In this document: positions 29,087-38,412 of the stretch, in pieces | Numbering within the stretch: position 1 is the first letter of the stretch | Layout: each line of letters opens with the position of its first letter | Source of the DNA: Puia sp. | Lineage (GTDB): Bacteria; Bacteroidota; Bacteroidia; Chitinophagales; Chitinophagaceae | DNA length: 64,000 nucleotides | Assembly: GCA_035572015.1 (NCBI GenBank) | Contig: DATNBP010000189.1 | Coordinates: 12,979-76,978 of the forward strand | Direction: 5' to 3' | Program-made: the position numbers and the translations under genes | The notes under the pieces: model-generated | Database searches by the model: none | The model's input: only the letters and a program-made list of their open reading frames with translations | What the model was told of the DNA's origin: nothing

Positions 29087-30937
29087 ATGACTTCGGAACA
29101 ATTCAGCCGGATCGCAGCTACGATTCCCGTCGATCCGGGCATCTATAAGTATTTCGACGAGCAGGATGAACTGGTTTACGTGGGGAAGGCCAAGAACCTG
29201 CGCAAACGCGTCAGTTCCTACTTCACAAAGACGTTTACTACCTTCAAGACGCATGAGCTGGTGCAGCGCATCCGGCGCATCGAGTTCACGATCGTCAACT
29301 CCGAACAGGACGCTTTTCTCCTCGAGAACTCGCTCATCAAGCAATACCAGCCGAAGTTCAATATCAACCTCAAGGACGATAAGAGCTATCCCTATATCGT
29401 CATCAGGAACGAACCGTTCCCGCGCGTCTTTCTCACCCGGCGAAAGACCGGCGACGGGTCCGAATACCTCGGGCCTTATACGTCGGTGGGCAGGGTCCGG
29501 GAATTGCTCGACCTGGTCAGGGCCAACGTCCAGTTGCGAACCTGCCAGCTGAACCTCGCTGAATCGCAGATCCAAAAAGGCAAGTACAAGATCTGTCTCG
29601 AATACCACCTGGGAAACTGCAAGGGGCCCTGTGAAGGCCGGCAAACGGCGGACGATTACCAACAGGGACTGCAACAACTGCGCAACATTCTCAGGGGCAA
29701 CCTCAAACCGGTGATCCAGCAATTCAAAAAAGAAATGCGCGACCGCGCCGAAAAAATGGATTTCGAACAGGCCGAAATGATCCGGAAAAAGATCGAACAC
29801 CTCGAAAATTACGAGTCGCGGTCCGTCATCGTCAGTCGCCGCCTCAGCAACGCGGATGTATTTTCGATCGCGCGTGACGGTGATCTTGCCTATATCAACT
29901 ATTTGATGGTGGAGACGGGGACCATCGTTCAGACGCACACCACCCAGGTCGAGACACACCTGGAAGAAACGGACGAGGAGGTGCTGTCTTTTGCCGTGGC
30001 AAGGCTCCGCGAGACCTTCAACAGCGTCGCCCGCGAGCTGATCCTGCCGTTCCCGATCGAATTCCCCGAAGAGGGTGTGGAACAAACCATACCCAGGGGC
30101 GGCGACAAACGAAAGCTGCTCGAGCTCTCGCAAAAAAATGTCGCCTATTTCCGCGAGGAACTGCGAAAGAAGAAGACCCTTCAGCTGGAGGGAAAGACGG
30201 CGGACGAACGCCGGAAGGTGCTGGAGCAGCTGATGGAAGACCTCCAGTTGACGGATCTTCCCGTACATATCGAATGTTTCGACAACTCCAATTTCCAGGG
30301 AAGTTATCCCGTCTCCGCCATGGTCTGCTTCCGCGATGGTATAGAGAGCAAGAAAGACTACCGGCATTTCAACGTGAAAACCGTGCAGGGCATCAACGAT
30401 TTTGCGACGATGAAAGAAGTGGTGCACCGGCGGTACAGGCGGTTGCTCGACGAAGGGCAGTCACTGCCTCAACTGGTCATTATCGACGGCGGGAAGGGCC
30501 AGCTCGGCGCCGCGCTGGAAAGCATCGAAGAGCTCGGCATCACCGGCATGATGACGATCGTGGGCCTGGCCAAGAACGAGGAAGAGATCTTTTTCCCCGG
30601 CGACACCGAGTCGGTCAAGCTGCCCTACAACAGCGACAGCCTGCACCTGGTGCGGCGGATCCGGGACGAGGTGCACCGGTTTGGCATCAGCTTCCATCGT
30701 CAGAAACGAAGCAAGGGCACTTTTGTAAATCAACTGGAGCAAATTGAAGGGATCGGTCGTCAGACGGCCGATCTGTTGCTGAAAAAGTACCGTTCCGTCG
30801 GCCGTGTCCGCCAGGTAACGGAAGCCGAACTCTCAGCAGTCGTAGGAGCGGCAAAGGCCAGAAAGATTCGTGCTCATTTCGGGGAAATCGACAGCCCGGA
30901 AGGGCAAAAAGAGAACCCGGACGAGGGACCCCTATAA
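29087..30937 (+). CDS. uvrC: Excinuclease ABC subunit C
   Basis: PGIY..YVGKAKNLRKRVSSYF (GIY-YIG), IECFDNS, IIDGGKGQL, RDEVHRF, HhH. Confidence 0.97.
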   Translation: MTSEQFSRIAATIPVDPGIYKYFDEQDELVYVGKAKNLRKRVSSYFTKTFTTFKTHELVQRIRRIEFTIVNSEQDAFLLENSLIKQYQPKFNINLKDDKSYPYIVIRNEPFPRVFLTRRKTGDGSEYLGPYTSVGRVRELLDLVRANVQLRTCQLNLAESQIQKGKYKICLEYHLGNCKGPCEGRQTADDYQQGLQQLRNILRGNLKPVIQQFKKEMRDRAEKMDFEQAEMIRKKIEHLENYESRSVIVSRRLSNADVFSIARDGDLAYINYLMVETGTIVQTHTTQVETHLEETDEEVLSFAVARLRETFNSVARELILPFPIEFPEEGVEQTIPRGGDKRKLLELSQKNVAYFREELRKKKTLQLEGKTADERRKVLEQLMEDLQLTDLPVHIECFDNSNFQGSYPVSAMVCFRDGIESKKDYRHFNVKTVQGINDFATMKEVVHRRYRRLLDEGQSLPQLVIIDGGKGQLGAALESIEELGITGMMTIVGLAKNEEEIFFPGDTESVKLPYNSDSLHLVRRIRDEVHRFGISFHRQKRSKGTFVNQLEQIEGIGRQTADLLLKKYRSVGRVRQVTEAELSAVVGAAKARKIRAHFGEIDSPEGQKENPDEGPL

Positions 30938-30940
30938 TAC

Positions 30941-30975
30941 AAAAGGGGCCCGGATAGATATCCAGCCCCGTTTTT
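30941..30975. terminator. Probably bidirectional intrinsic terminator (uvrC on +, candidate sRNA on -)
   Basis: AAAA-GGGGCCCGGA-TAGATA-TCCAGCCCC-GTTTTT. Confidence 0.75.
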
Positions 30976-31000
30976 AAAATCCAATATCCTATGAAAAACC
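30941..31000 (-). ncRNA. Candidate small RNA C (5' GGUUUUUCAUAGG seed plus intrinsic terminator)
   Basis: TTG-N19-TACTTTTA promoter (31034..31005). Transcript GGTTTTTCATAGGATATTGGATTTTAAAAAC-GGGGCTGGA-TATCTA-TCCGGGCCCC-TTTT. Lies downstream of the gldN terminator. Confidence 0.58.
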
Positions 31001-31104
31001 AGTGTAAAAGTAGTAAAAGAAATCAAACCGGCAATACCCGCTTTTGGGTATTTTTAAAATTTATTTTTCATATTAACTAATTAATTTATAGCATGTTATA
31101 CGCC

Positions 31105-31136
31105 AAAAAAAAAGGGGCGCCGCTTTGCGGCGCCCC
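31105..31136 (-). terminator. Intrinsic terminator of gldKLMN
   Basis: Perfect 10-bp stem GGGGCGCCGC/GCGGCGCCCC and a T9 run on the minus strand. Confidence 0.9.
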
Positions 31137-31160
31137 TTTGCGGAGTATCTTGTGACGAGC

Positions 31161-32195
31161 TTAATAAGACCAGAGGTCCTGCTCGTAATTGAAGATCTTT
31201 TCCTTGATGTTCTCCCCTTCCAGCAACCGGAGGATCGGGTCCTTGATATAACCCTGGATCGGCAGGTCGGCCGGGTTGTCGATCGTCGACTTGATGATCC
31301 GGCTGGCGAACATCCGGCTTTCGAACAATTCTTCCCAGCTCATCCGGGCGCCGAAATTCTTGCCGTTATAGGCTTCGAACTTCGCCAGCATCGGCCGCAG
31401 GTCCGGGTAGTATACCCAGAATACCGGGGTAACGTCCCGCAGCGAGCCGTCGGGGTTCTTGATGTCCTTTTCCGGAGCGATGCCCAGGATACGGACATAC
31501 AGCCGCGAGGTCTGCTTGTCGAAGACCCACTCTTCCTTGATCTCGTATCGCTCGATGATATCGGGCGAGAATTCTTCCTGGATCAGGGTGTCTTTCATGA
31601 TGCCCTTGGAACCGTCCGGATCCTTGGCATAGTCGGGCACCTGGATCACGTGGGGCTTGGCCACCAGGTTCTCGGAGATCTGCTTGAAGGTCATCGGCGT
31701 GGTGAACCGGTCGTCGACGGTCGCGTCGAAGGCGGTGATCTGCCCGCTCTTGATGGCCTGCAGCAGGATATTAATGAACATCTGGCTCCCGTTGTCTTCC
31801 GTCGCCCGGTAGACAAACGGCAGGTTCATTTTTTCGTGTACGTCGATCTCCTGCCAGACGCGTTGACGGTATACGGCATCGTCCTCACGGATATGCATGT
31901 AAGGCAGCGGCGTCCGGTCCTTTACCAGCTGGCGCTCGATGATAGCGTCGTTGCGGAGGGACCGCCGGATCGTATCCAGCTTGATATCAGCGTCCGGGAT
32001 CACCACGGTCGGTTTGGTCGTGTCCTTGGGGGCCACAACGGCGCCGGCAGCGGCCTGGTCCTTCTGGGTCGACTTCTTCTGTGTCGGCGTCCTCCTCCTG
32101 GGTCTACGGTGGTGCGTCGCCTGCGCATCCGCTGTTCCCGCTGCCAGGCCAACCACCAGGGCCAGGAGGCATACTCTGATAAAATGCTTTTTCAT
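31161..32195 (-). CDS. gldN: Gliding motility/T9SS protein GldN (PorN)
   Basis: PLPYMHIREDD, RVWQEID..EKMN, IKEEWVFDK, RILGIAP, FWVYYP, FNYEQDLWSY. Confidence 0.95.
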   Translation of the reverse strand: MKKHFIRVCLLALVVGLAAGTADAQATHHRRPRRRTPTQKKSTQKDQAAAGAVVAPKDTTKPTVVIPDADIKLDTIRRSLRNDAIIERQLVKDRTPLPYMHIREDDAVYRQRVWQEIDVHEKMNLPFVYRATEDNGSQMFINILLQAIKSGQITAFDATVDDRFTTPMTFKQISENLVAKPHVIQVPDYAKDPDGSKGIMKDTLIQEEFSPDIIERYEIKEEWVFDKQTSRLYVRILGIAPEKDIKNPDGSLRDVTPVFWVYYPDLRPMLAKFEAYNGKNFGARMSWEELFESRMFASRIIKSTIDNPADLPIQGYIKDPILRLLEGENIKEKIFNYEQDLWSY

Positions 32196-32260
32196 CGCTG
32201 ATGTATCTTATATAGTTTTCAAAAGGATCTGTCCGCCGATGCGGACAGATCAAAAAATGC

Positions 32261-33862
32261 TTATTTCAAAGTAAAGATCATGCCGGGCAGCTCCCTGATC
32301 CGGCCGTCCTTACCCTTACAACGCAGGTTGTCGATAAAGACGTGGGTGCCTGGGGTACACTTCTCTACAATAGCTTGAGCCTGGCCGGTCCACCGGGGAC
32401 CGTTGTTCTGGGCCTCCACATATTGCGGGAAGGCGCCGCCGCTCGCTGCGATCTTATAATCCAGCACCTGGAAACCGGACTGGAACTCGACATCTTTCAG
32501 CTTAGCCAGTACACCGCCGTTCGCCTTGAACTCAGCCGATGATATGGCGCCACCGGTGTGCGTGCCTACAAAACCCATCGGGTCGGGCAGGTATTTAACA
32601 CGCACCGTGAAGGGAAAGTTCTTGCCGTTTGCGTTGACGGTGATCGTGCCTTCACCCGGCGTGGTCGGGACAATATTGTAGTTGTCACCGCTCACCTTGG
32701 TGATCGTACCGTTGCTGAACGAGCAATGCACCTTTTCCGCGCCGACGCTACCGCCGGAGATCGTTACGGGGTTGTCTTCAGCCACGTAGACGACGTTCAT
32801 CTTCTGCAGGAAGATCGATGCGCCGGAGGGTACACCTACCGTGTATTTTATCGGTACGTCCTTGGGGACCTTGGTACCGTCTAGTTTAGTGTATACAATG
32901 TGAACCATCACCGTGTGCTCGCCTGCGCCCTCCGCTGTGAAGCTGGATTCGGCAAGACCGTCAGCGCCAACGTCGTAATGGGTACCGTTAATAGTTACAT
33001 CCGGCTTTGCCTGTGAACTGAAGGCGCCGATACCGGCACTAATGGTCATTTTATCACCCGGCATCACATAGGTCGCACTGGGTTCTACAATGGCGTCGAA
33101 CTGGTCGAATTTGATTTTAACTTCACCGATCTGCTTGTGCAGGTAATCGACGACCTGTGACTCGGAGTTCTTGACGTCGTTCTCGAATTTGCTGAGAATC
33201 GTCAGTGCAGCAACGGTCGGCGTCATGTGGAAATACCGGATCGTCCAGTTCTCGGCGGGGTCCTTCTTTTCGGCCTCACCGGTCTCGGACTTCGGGATCC
33301 GAAGGTCGATCGGCAGACGCTTGGCGAACTCGGCCCTCGTTTCGGTCATTTCTTTTTTAGTGAGGTCCGACAGGTTGGCGTTGGCATACATTGGATTAGT
33401 CGGATCCAGCTCGGAAAGCAAGAAGTTACGATAGTTCGTGAGCGAATCATAGAGCTTCTTGCCATGACCACCCTGGTCGAACATCCGGGTAGCGGCATCG
33501 AGGTCACCTTCGTTGTACACTTCTTTCCCATCCTGCGTTTTGAGACCGGACTCTTTTTGCAGCTGTTTCTTCAGCGCTTCTAAATAGGTGCTGAAGCTGC
33601 TGGCATAATCCCGGACCTGATAAGCCGGCTTGGACCAGATTTCAGCCAGGGCCTTTGTGGAGGGATCTTTCAGATTCGCATCAAAGGCGTTATAGGTCAT
33701 GCCATTCTTCTGGCTGACGACAGTATTCGAATTCTCGAGGCTGGCGTTTACGGTTTTAAAGGCGTTCAATACCTCCACGGATACATTCAGTGCCAGCAGG
33801 GCTGTTAGCACCAAATACATCATATTGATCATCTTCTGCCTCGGTTCTTTAGGTATAGACAT
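32261..33862 (-). CDS. gldM: Gliding motility/T9SS motor protein GldM (PorM)
   Basis: PRQKMINMMYLVLTALLALNV, KMNVVY...NP, FTVRVKYLPDP. Confidence 0.95.
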   Translation of the reverse strand: MSIPKEPRQKMINMMYLVLTALLALNVSVEVLNAFKTVNASLENSNTVVSQKNGMTYNAFDANLKDPSTKALAEIWSKPAYQVRDYASSFSTYLEALKKQLQKESGLKTQDGKEVYNEGDLDAATRMFDQGGHGKKLYDSLTNYRNFLLSELDPTNPMYANANLSDLTKKEMTETRAEFAKRLPIDLRIPKSETGEAEKKDPAENWTIRYFHMTPTVAALTILSKFENDVKNSESQVVDYLHKQIGEVKIKFDQFDAIVEPSATYVMPGDKMTISAGIGAFSSQAKPDVTINGTHYDVGADGLAESSFTAEGAGEHTVMVHIVYTKLDGTKVPKDVPIKYTVGVPSGASIFLQKMNVVYVAEDNPVTISGGSVGAEKVHCSFSNGTITKVSGDNYNIVPTTPGEGTITVNANGKNFPFTVRVKYLPDPMGFVGTHTGGAISSAEFKANGGVLAKLKDVEFQSGFQVLDYKIAASGGAFPQYVEAQNNGPRWTGQAQAIVEKCTPGTHVFIDNLRCKGKDGRIRELPGMIFTLK

Positions 33863-33952
33863 GGGTCAGTAATTAAAAAAATGCGTTATTGGTTTTTCAA
33901 TGGGTTCATGCGGGCCGGACAAAACGGGCTTGGCTTCTTGGTTTCGAACGGC

Positions 33953-34729
33953 CTATTGTGCCTGGCGTCCTTGCATGGCACTGAGCATGTTACCATAGAC
34001 ATGGTTGAGATTGCCCAGGTTCTTGGCGAGCAGGGCGATCTGTTCCTGAGTTTTCTTAGCGTCGTTGACACTACCTTGCATGGTCTCGGAAGCTTTCACC
34101 AGGTTACCGTAGAAGCTGTTCATCGCTTTCAGGTGGTTATTGGTGTCCTGCAGTTCCAGCTCATAGATGGCATTCAGCGAGCCCAGGTTCTTGGTCAGGA
34201 CCTGTACCTGCGAATGGAATTGTTTGGTGCTGTCTGCAGCCGCGTTAAAGCTGGAGATCGTATTGGTAGCATTCTGATAAGCGCCTTTCATATTGTCCAG
34301 CGCGGCAGCTGCTTCTTTGGTCTTGTTCGTATATTCCGTCGTAGCGGACAGGGCGCCGGAAACGTCGCTGATCTTTTCAACGGTCGTGCCGAACTTCTTG
34401 AAACCTTCCGACAGCCTGCCGAGGTTGGCCGGAGTAATATCGGCTTCCTGGAGCATCTTGTCCATCTTGTCAAGGGCGGGGTTGCCGCTGGAACCGCCGG
34501 CCAGTTTGGGCAGCGCCTCTACCAGAGCATGCATTTCACCACCCGGAGGGGGGAGGAACGCGTAGACCAGGAAGATCAGAGCCTCGGTCAGCAGACCGGC
34601 CGTCAGGAAGAAGTTAGCCAGCTCGGTGTGAAGGATCTTTTGCAGGGCGCCAAAAATTACGACTGCTGCGCCGACGCAAACAATGATATTGATCAGTCTT
34701 TCGGTAGATTTCGATACTCCAGCGCTCAT
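33953..34729 (-). CDS. gldL: Gliding motility/T9SS motor protein GldL (PorL)
   Basis: GAAVVIFGALQKILH, GLLTEALIF, coiled coil, LNHVYGNMLSAM. Confidence 0.95.
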   Translation of the reverse strand: MSAGVSKSTERLINIIVCVGAAVVIFGALQKILHTELANFFLTAGLLTEALIFLVYAFLPPPGGEMHALVEALPKLAGGSSGNPALDKMDKMLQEADITPANLGRLSEGFKKFGTTVEKISDVSGALSATTEYTNKTKEAAAALDNMKGAYQNATNTISSFNAAADSTKQFHSQVQVLTKNLGSLNAIYELELQDTNNHLKAMNSFYGNLVKASETMQGSVNDAKKTQEQIALLAKNLGNLNHVYGNMLSAMQGRQAQ

Positions 34730-34856
34730 AGTGATTAATTTAAATTGTTTTGAAAGGGATTTAAAGGGTTATGGAAAAAGAGCTCCTTTTGATTTTTAAA
34801 GGTTCTCAAAATCAAAACGCAATTTTGGTTTAAAAATTTTACGTATCCGGAATGTT

Positions 34857-36146
34857 TTATCGCCGGTTATTGTTCAGGGTCGGCGCCAGATCGATCACGC
34901 ACCGGAACCCGATATAGGACTTCGCCGTATCCTGGTACTCATAGGTCCTCGCGCTGGTCTGCAGGTACAAGCCTACGTCTTTCCAGCTGCCGCCGCGAAT
35001 TACTTTACGCTTCATACGGGGAGGATCGGAGTCCTTTGCGTTCCAGCGGATGTCGGGGTTCATGTCATGAACGAAGTTGGATGCTCCTTCATAGTAAAAG
35101 GAAGAAGTCCACTCGGCGACGTTACCGGCCATGCAATAGAGGCCAAAGTCATTGGGCCAGTAAGCATCGGCGCGTACAGTATAGAAGCCGCCGTCTTCGG
35201 GATAGTTCCCACGGCCGGGTTTGAAGTTTGCCAGGAGACAGCCACGCTTGTTCCTGAGATAGTAGTTACCCCAGGGGTACATAGACTGGGACCGGCCGCC
35301 GCGGGCCGCATATTCCCATTCTGCCTCGGTCGGCAGGCGGAAACTCGACTCGGTAGCCAGGTGTTTCCCTCCCAGGTAGGCGTTCAGGTACTGGGTCCGC
35401 CATTCGCAAAAAGCGGTAGCCTGGTTCCAGTTGACGCCCACGACGGGATAATTGCCGAATGCCGGGTGCGAATAGTACCGCTTGGTCATCGGCTCGTTAT
35501 AGGAGTAGGAGAAATCGCGGATCCATACCAGGGTATCCGGATATACCTTCAGGTCTTTCTTGATGATGAACTGGGAGCGGGGCTTGCCCTCGTTGATCTT
35601 CTGGGCGGCCGCATTCAGGTCGAAAGTCTCGGAATGATAGACGATCTTGTTCGGGTCGATCTCCTTCTTCCCGAAGATCCGGTTATCCGGCTCGACGATC
35701 ATCTGGTTGATCTTTTCGATGGTGGCCTTATCCCCGTACTTGATGGTGGCGGCCTTTTTCCAGTCGATCGCAAACCGGCCGTCCACGTCCTTGCCATACT
35801 GCATCAGGGTAGCGGCGATAGAGTCCCGGACCCAGTTGGTGAACTGGCGGTACTCGTTGTTGGTGATCTCGGTTGCGTCCATCCAGAAACCACTGATCGA
35901 AATTTGCTGATTGCGCGCCGTGTAAGCATAGTTCATGTCCTCATCGCTGGGTCCCATGTGGAAGGTTCCCGGCGGAATATAGACCATGCCGATCGGTTTC
36001 TTGAGATTATAGGCACTTGCAGGAGCCACTCCGTGCAGTTGCCCGTCGTCCAGCAATCCCTTGCCGGACTTTCCACCTAGTTTACAGCTTGCCAGCAGAA
36101 AGATGGCACAAAAAGCTGTCAAAACGGATAGGTTTTTCATTTTCAT
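34857..36146 (-). CDS. gldK: Gliding motility/T9SS lipoprotein GldK (PorK), FGE/SUMF1 fold
   Basis: Lipobox LLASC, GMVYIPPGTFHMG, YPDTLVW, YPVVGVNW, RLPTEAEWEYAARGG, IGFRCV. Start ATG 36146 or 36140. Confidence 0.94.
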   Translation of the reverse strand: MKMKNLSVLTAFCAIFLLASCKLGGKSGKGLLDDGQLHGVAPASAYNLKKPIGMVYIPPGTFHMGPSDEDMNYAYTARNQQISISGFWMDATEITNNEYRQFTNWVRDSIAATLMQYGKDVDGRFAIDWKKAATIKYGDKATIEKINQMIVEPDNRIFGKKEIDPNKIVYHSETFDLNAAAQKINEGKPRSQFIIKKDLKVYPDTLVWIRDFSYSYNEPMTKRYYSHPAFGNYPVVGVNWNQATAFCEWRTQYLNAYLGGKHLATESSFRLPTEAEWEYAARGGRSQSMYPWGNYYLRNKRGCLLANFKPGRGNYPEDGGFYTVRADAYWPNDFGLYCMAGNVAEWTSSFYYEGASNFVHDMNPDIRWNAKDSDPPRMKRKVIRGGSWKDVGLYLQTSARTYEYQDTAKSYIGFRCVIDLAPTLNNNRR

Positions 36147-36289
36147 AATATTAAAGGGTATTGGGCAAAAAAAACATTTTGACAACATCTCCTACAAGTT
36201 TAAAATTAATTTTTCGAATGTCAAAGCTTTCATCCGGACAAAATTCTTCCCTGGGACGGATGGATTGACGCTATTCATTGAAACGCAAC

Positions 36290-38353
36290 CTATAGCGGAT
36301 TATTGTACGAATTCAGCGGAATTTTATGCACATTTTCGATGAGACGGATCAATGCAGATAGTTGGTTCACAGGGAGTTGACACGTATAGTTTTCGCACAG
36401 GAAGAACTGTGGCGCCTCCCCGATGGGCCTGTTTCTTAATAAGGGATAGTGGGTATTTTCCCGAGACGAAGATTGAAAAACCCGGTATGGAATTAGCTGG
36501 CGGAGGAACTCCTTCCGGGCATTTTCCGGCCTTTTGCCGGTGATCACTATCTCCGGAATAGTATACGTAAGCGCCTGAAACAGGGTTGCCCAATTTCCAA
36601 AAGACCCGGGATAACCGGTGACCATCCGCTCCATCGCGGTGGCCATCTGGCGACACCGGTCCGCCCAGGTCGGGATGTCGAGCAACCTGGAAAGAATTAA
36701 CAAATTAAATGCCATCATGGAGTTCCCGGACGGTATTGCGCCATCGTAGACTTCTTTTTTTCTCAGGATCAGGTCCTGTTGCCCGTCGTGCGTAAAATAA
36801 AAGAATCCGGTCCCGTTTTCCCCGAAATGATCGATGACGGCTTCCATCGTCGCCCGTGCCTCTTCAAGGTAGGCGGTATCCCCGGTAACCTCCTGTAGCT
36901 CCAAAAGCGCCCCGACGAGACTGGCATAATCGTCCAGGAAGGCCGGGATGCGCGGACCGTCCTTGTACACATGGTAATAGAAGTGGATGCCCTCCCCTTT
37001 CAACCGCGCACGCAAAAAGGCCATGTTCCGGACCGCCCGCTCCCGGTACGCCTCCGTACCCAGGGCGCCATACGCCCTGCAACAGGCTATGTCCATCAGT
37101 GCATTCCAACCCAACAGGATCTTGTCGTCAAGGGCGGGGCGTACCCGCGTGTCGCGGTGCGCCAGCAGCCGGAGCCTGGCCTTTTCGAGCCGGTCCGCAT
37201 CCGCGGGATCCGCCGGCGGCTCCATCCGCCGGGTAAGGATATTTTTATCCTCCCAATTCCCTTCGGCCGTCACCCCGAAATACGTGCAAAAGAGCTCGGC
37301 GTCGCCACCGAGGACGGCGTCGACCTCGTCCCGATCCCAAACATAATATTTGCCTTCTACGCCCTCGCTGTCCGCATCCATCGACGAGTAGAATGCCCCT
37401 TCCGGGCTGGTAAATTCCCGGTCTATACAGCTCATTGTCAGTTCGATCGCCCTGCGAAGCCGGAGCTCGCCCGTAAGCTGGTAGGCCTCGCACAGCGCTA
37501 TGACCAGCAAGGCGTTGTCATAGAGCATCTTCTCAAAGTGCGGCGCCAGCCACTCGCTGTCGGTGGAGTAGCGTGCAAACCCGCCTCCGAGCTGGTCGAA
37601 GATCCCCCCGGCAATCATTTTCTCCAGGCTGAGCAACGCCTGCCCCAACGCTTCCCGGTCGCCGGTAAAATAATAATTATGGAGTAGGAACCTGATCGAA
37701 AAGGTCTGGGGGAATTTCGGCGCGCCTCCAAACCCGCCTTCCAGCCGGTCGGCGGAGACCAGCAACTGGTCCTTGATCCGGTCGGGCAGCTCTGGGGTGA
37801 AAAGGTTATCTTCCGCTGGCGCTGCCGAAGGTTCCTGGCCGATCCCGAACGAGCCCGCCATGGCCACGTGGCGGGTCAGATTGCCCGCCTGCTGCTCGAC
37901 TTCCGCCTTTCTTTCCCGGTAGGACCGTGCCACTCCTGTCAGGACCTCTTTCCAGGAAGGCCGGTTGTGGAGGGACCTGGGTGGGAAATAAGTGCCCCCG
38001 TAGAACGGCCGGGCATCCGGGGTCAGGAATACATTCAGCGGCCAGCCGCCGCTGCCTGTGATCGCCTGGACGGCGTCCATGTAAATATGATCCAGGTCGG
38101 GCCGTTCTTCCCGGTCTATCTTGATGTTGACGAAATGCTCGTTCATGATCCTTGCCGTGTCCGGATCTTCGAAGCTTTCCCGTTCCATGACGTGGCACCA
38201 GTGACAGGCGGCATAGCCGATGCTGACCAGGATCGGCTTTCCCTCGCGCGACGCCCGTTCCAGGGCTTCCTCGCCCCACGGATACCAATCCACGGGATTA
38301 TGGGAATGTTGCAGCAGGTAGGGACTGGTTTCCCCCGCGAGTCGGTTGGTCAT
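36290..38353 (-). CDS. Thioredoxin-domain protein of the YyaL/SSP411 family
   Basis: [49 protein letters not shown]. Confidence 0.92.
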   Translation of the reverse strand: MTNRLAGETSPYLLQHSHNPVDWYPWGEEALERASREGKPILVSIGYAACHWCHVMERESFEDPDTARIMNEHFVNIKIDREERPDLDHIYMDAVQAITGSGGWPLNVFLTPDARPFYGGTYFPPRSLHNRPSWKEVLTGVARSYRERKAEVEQQAGNLTRHVAMAGSFGIGQEPSAAPAEDNLFTPELPDRIKDQLLVSADRLEGGFGGAPKFPQTFSIRFLLHNYYFTGDREALGQALLSLEKMIAGGIFDQLGGGFARYSTDSEWLAPHFEKMLYDNALLVIALCEAYQLTGELRLRRAIELTMSCIDREFTSPEGAFYSSMDADSEGVEGKYYVWDRDEVDAVLGGDAELFCTYFGVTAEGNWEDKNILTRRMEPPADPADADRLEKARLRLLAHRDTRVRPALDDKILLGWNALMDIACCRAYGALGTEAYRERAVRNMAFLRARLKGEGIHFYYHVYKDGPRIPAFLDDYASLVGALLELQEVTGDTAYLEEARATMEAVIDHFGENGTGFFYFTHDGQQDLILRKKEVYDGAIPSGNSMMAFNLLILSRLLDIPTWADRCRQMATAMERMVTGYPGSFGNWATLFQALTYTIPEIVITGKRPENARKEFLRQLIPYRVFQSSSRENTHYPLLRNRPIGEAPQFFLCENYTCQLPVNQLSALIRLIENVHKIPLNSYNNPL

Positions 38354-38412
38354 GACGATACCCTTGATGTAAGGCAGGCTATAAGGTATGCAAATTTCGC
38401 GCTAGGTTGGAG

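Noticed and set aside
30990-31072. Invertible promoter flanked by TATGAAAAA / TTTTTCATA inverted repeats
   Set aside because: Only 9 bp in very AT-rich DNA and no recombinase nearby. Chance or RNA-level pairing is more likely.
36146-36233. TAG readthrough giving an N-terminally extended GldK
   Set aside because: GldK has a complete lipoprotein signal from ATG 36146/36140 and no recoding signal is visible.
31161-36290. Lower-GC gld region as a horizontally acquired island
   Set aside because: Core Bacteroidota genes. The composition shift fits highly expressed genes and AT-rich spacers.
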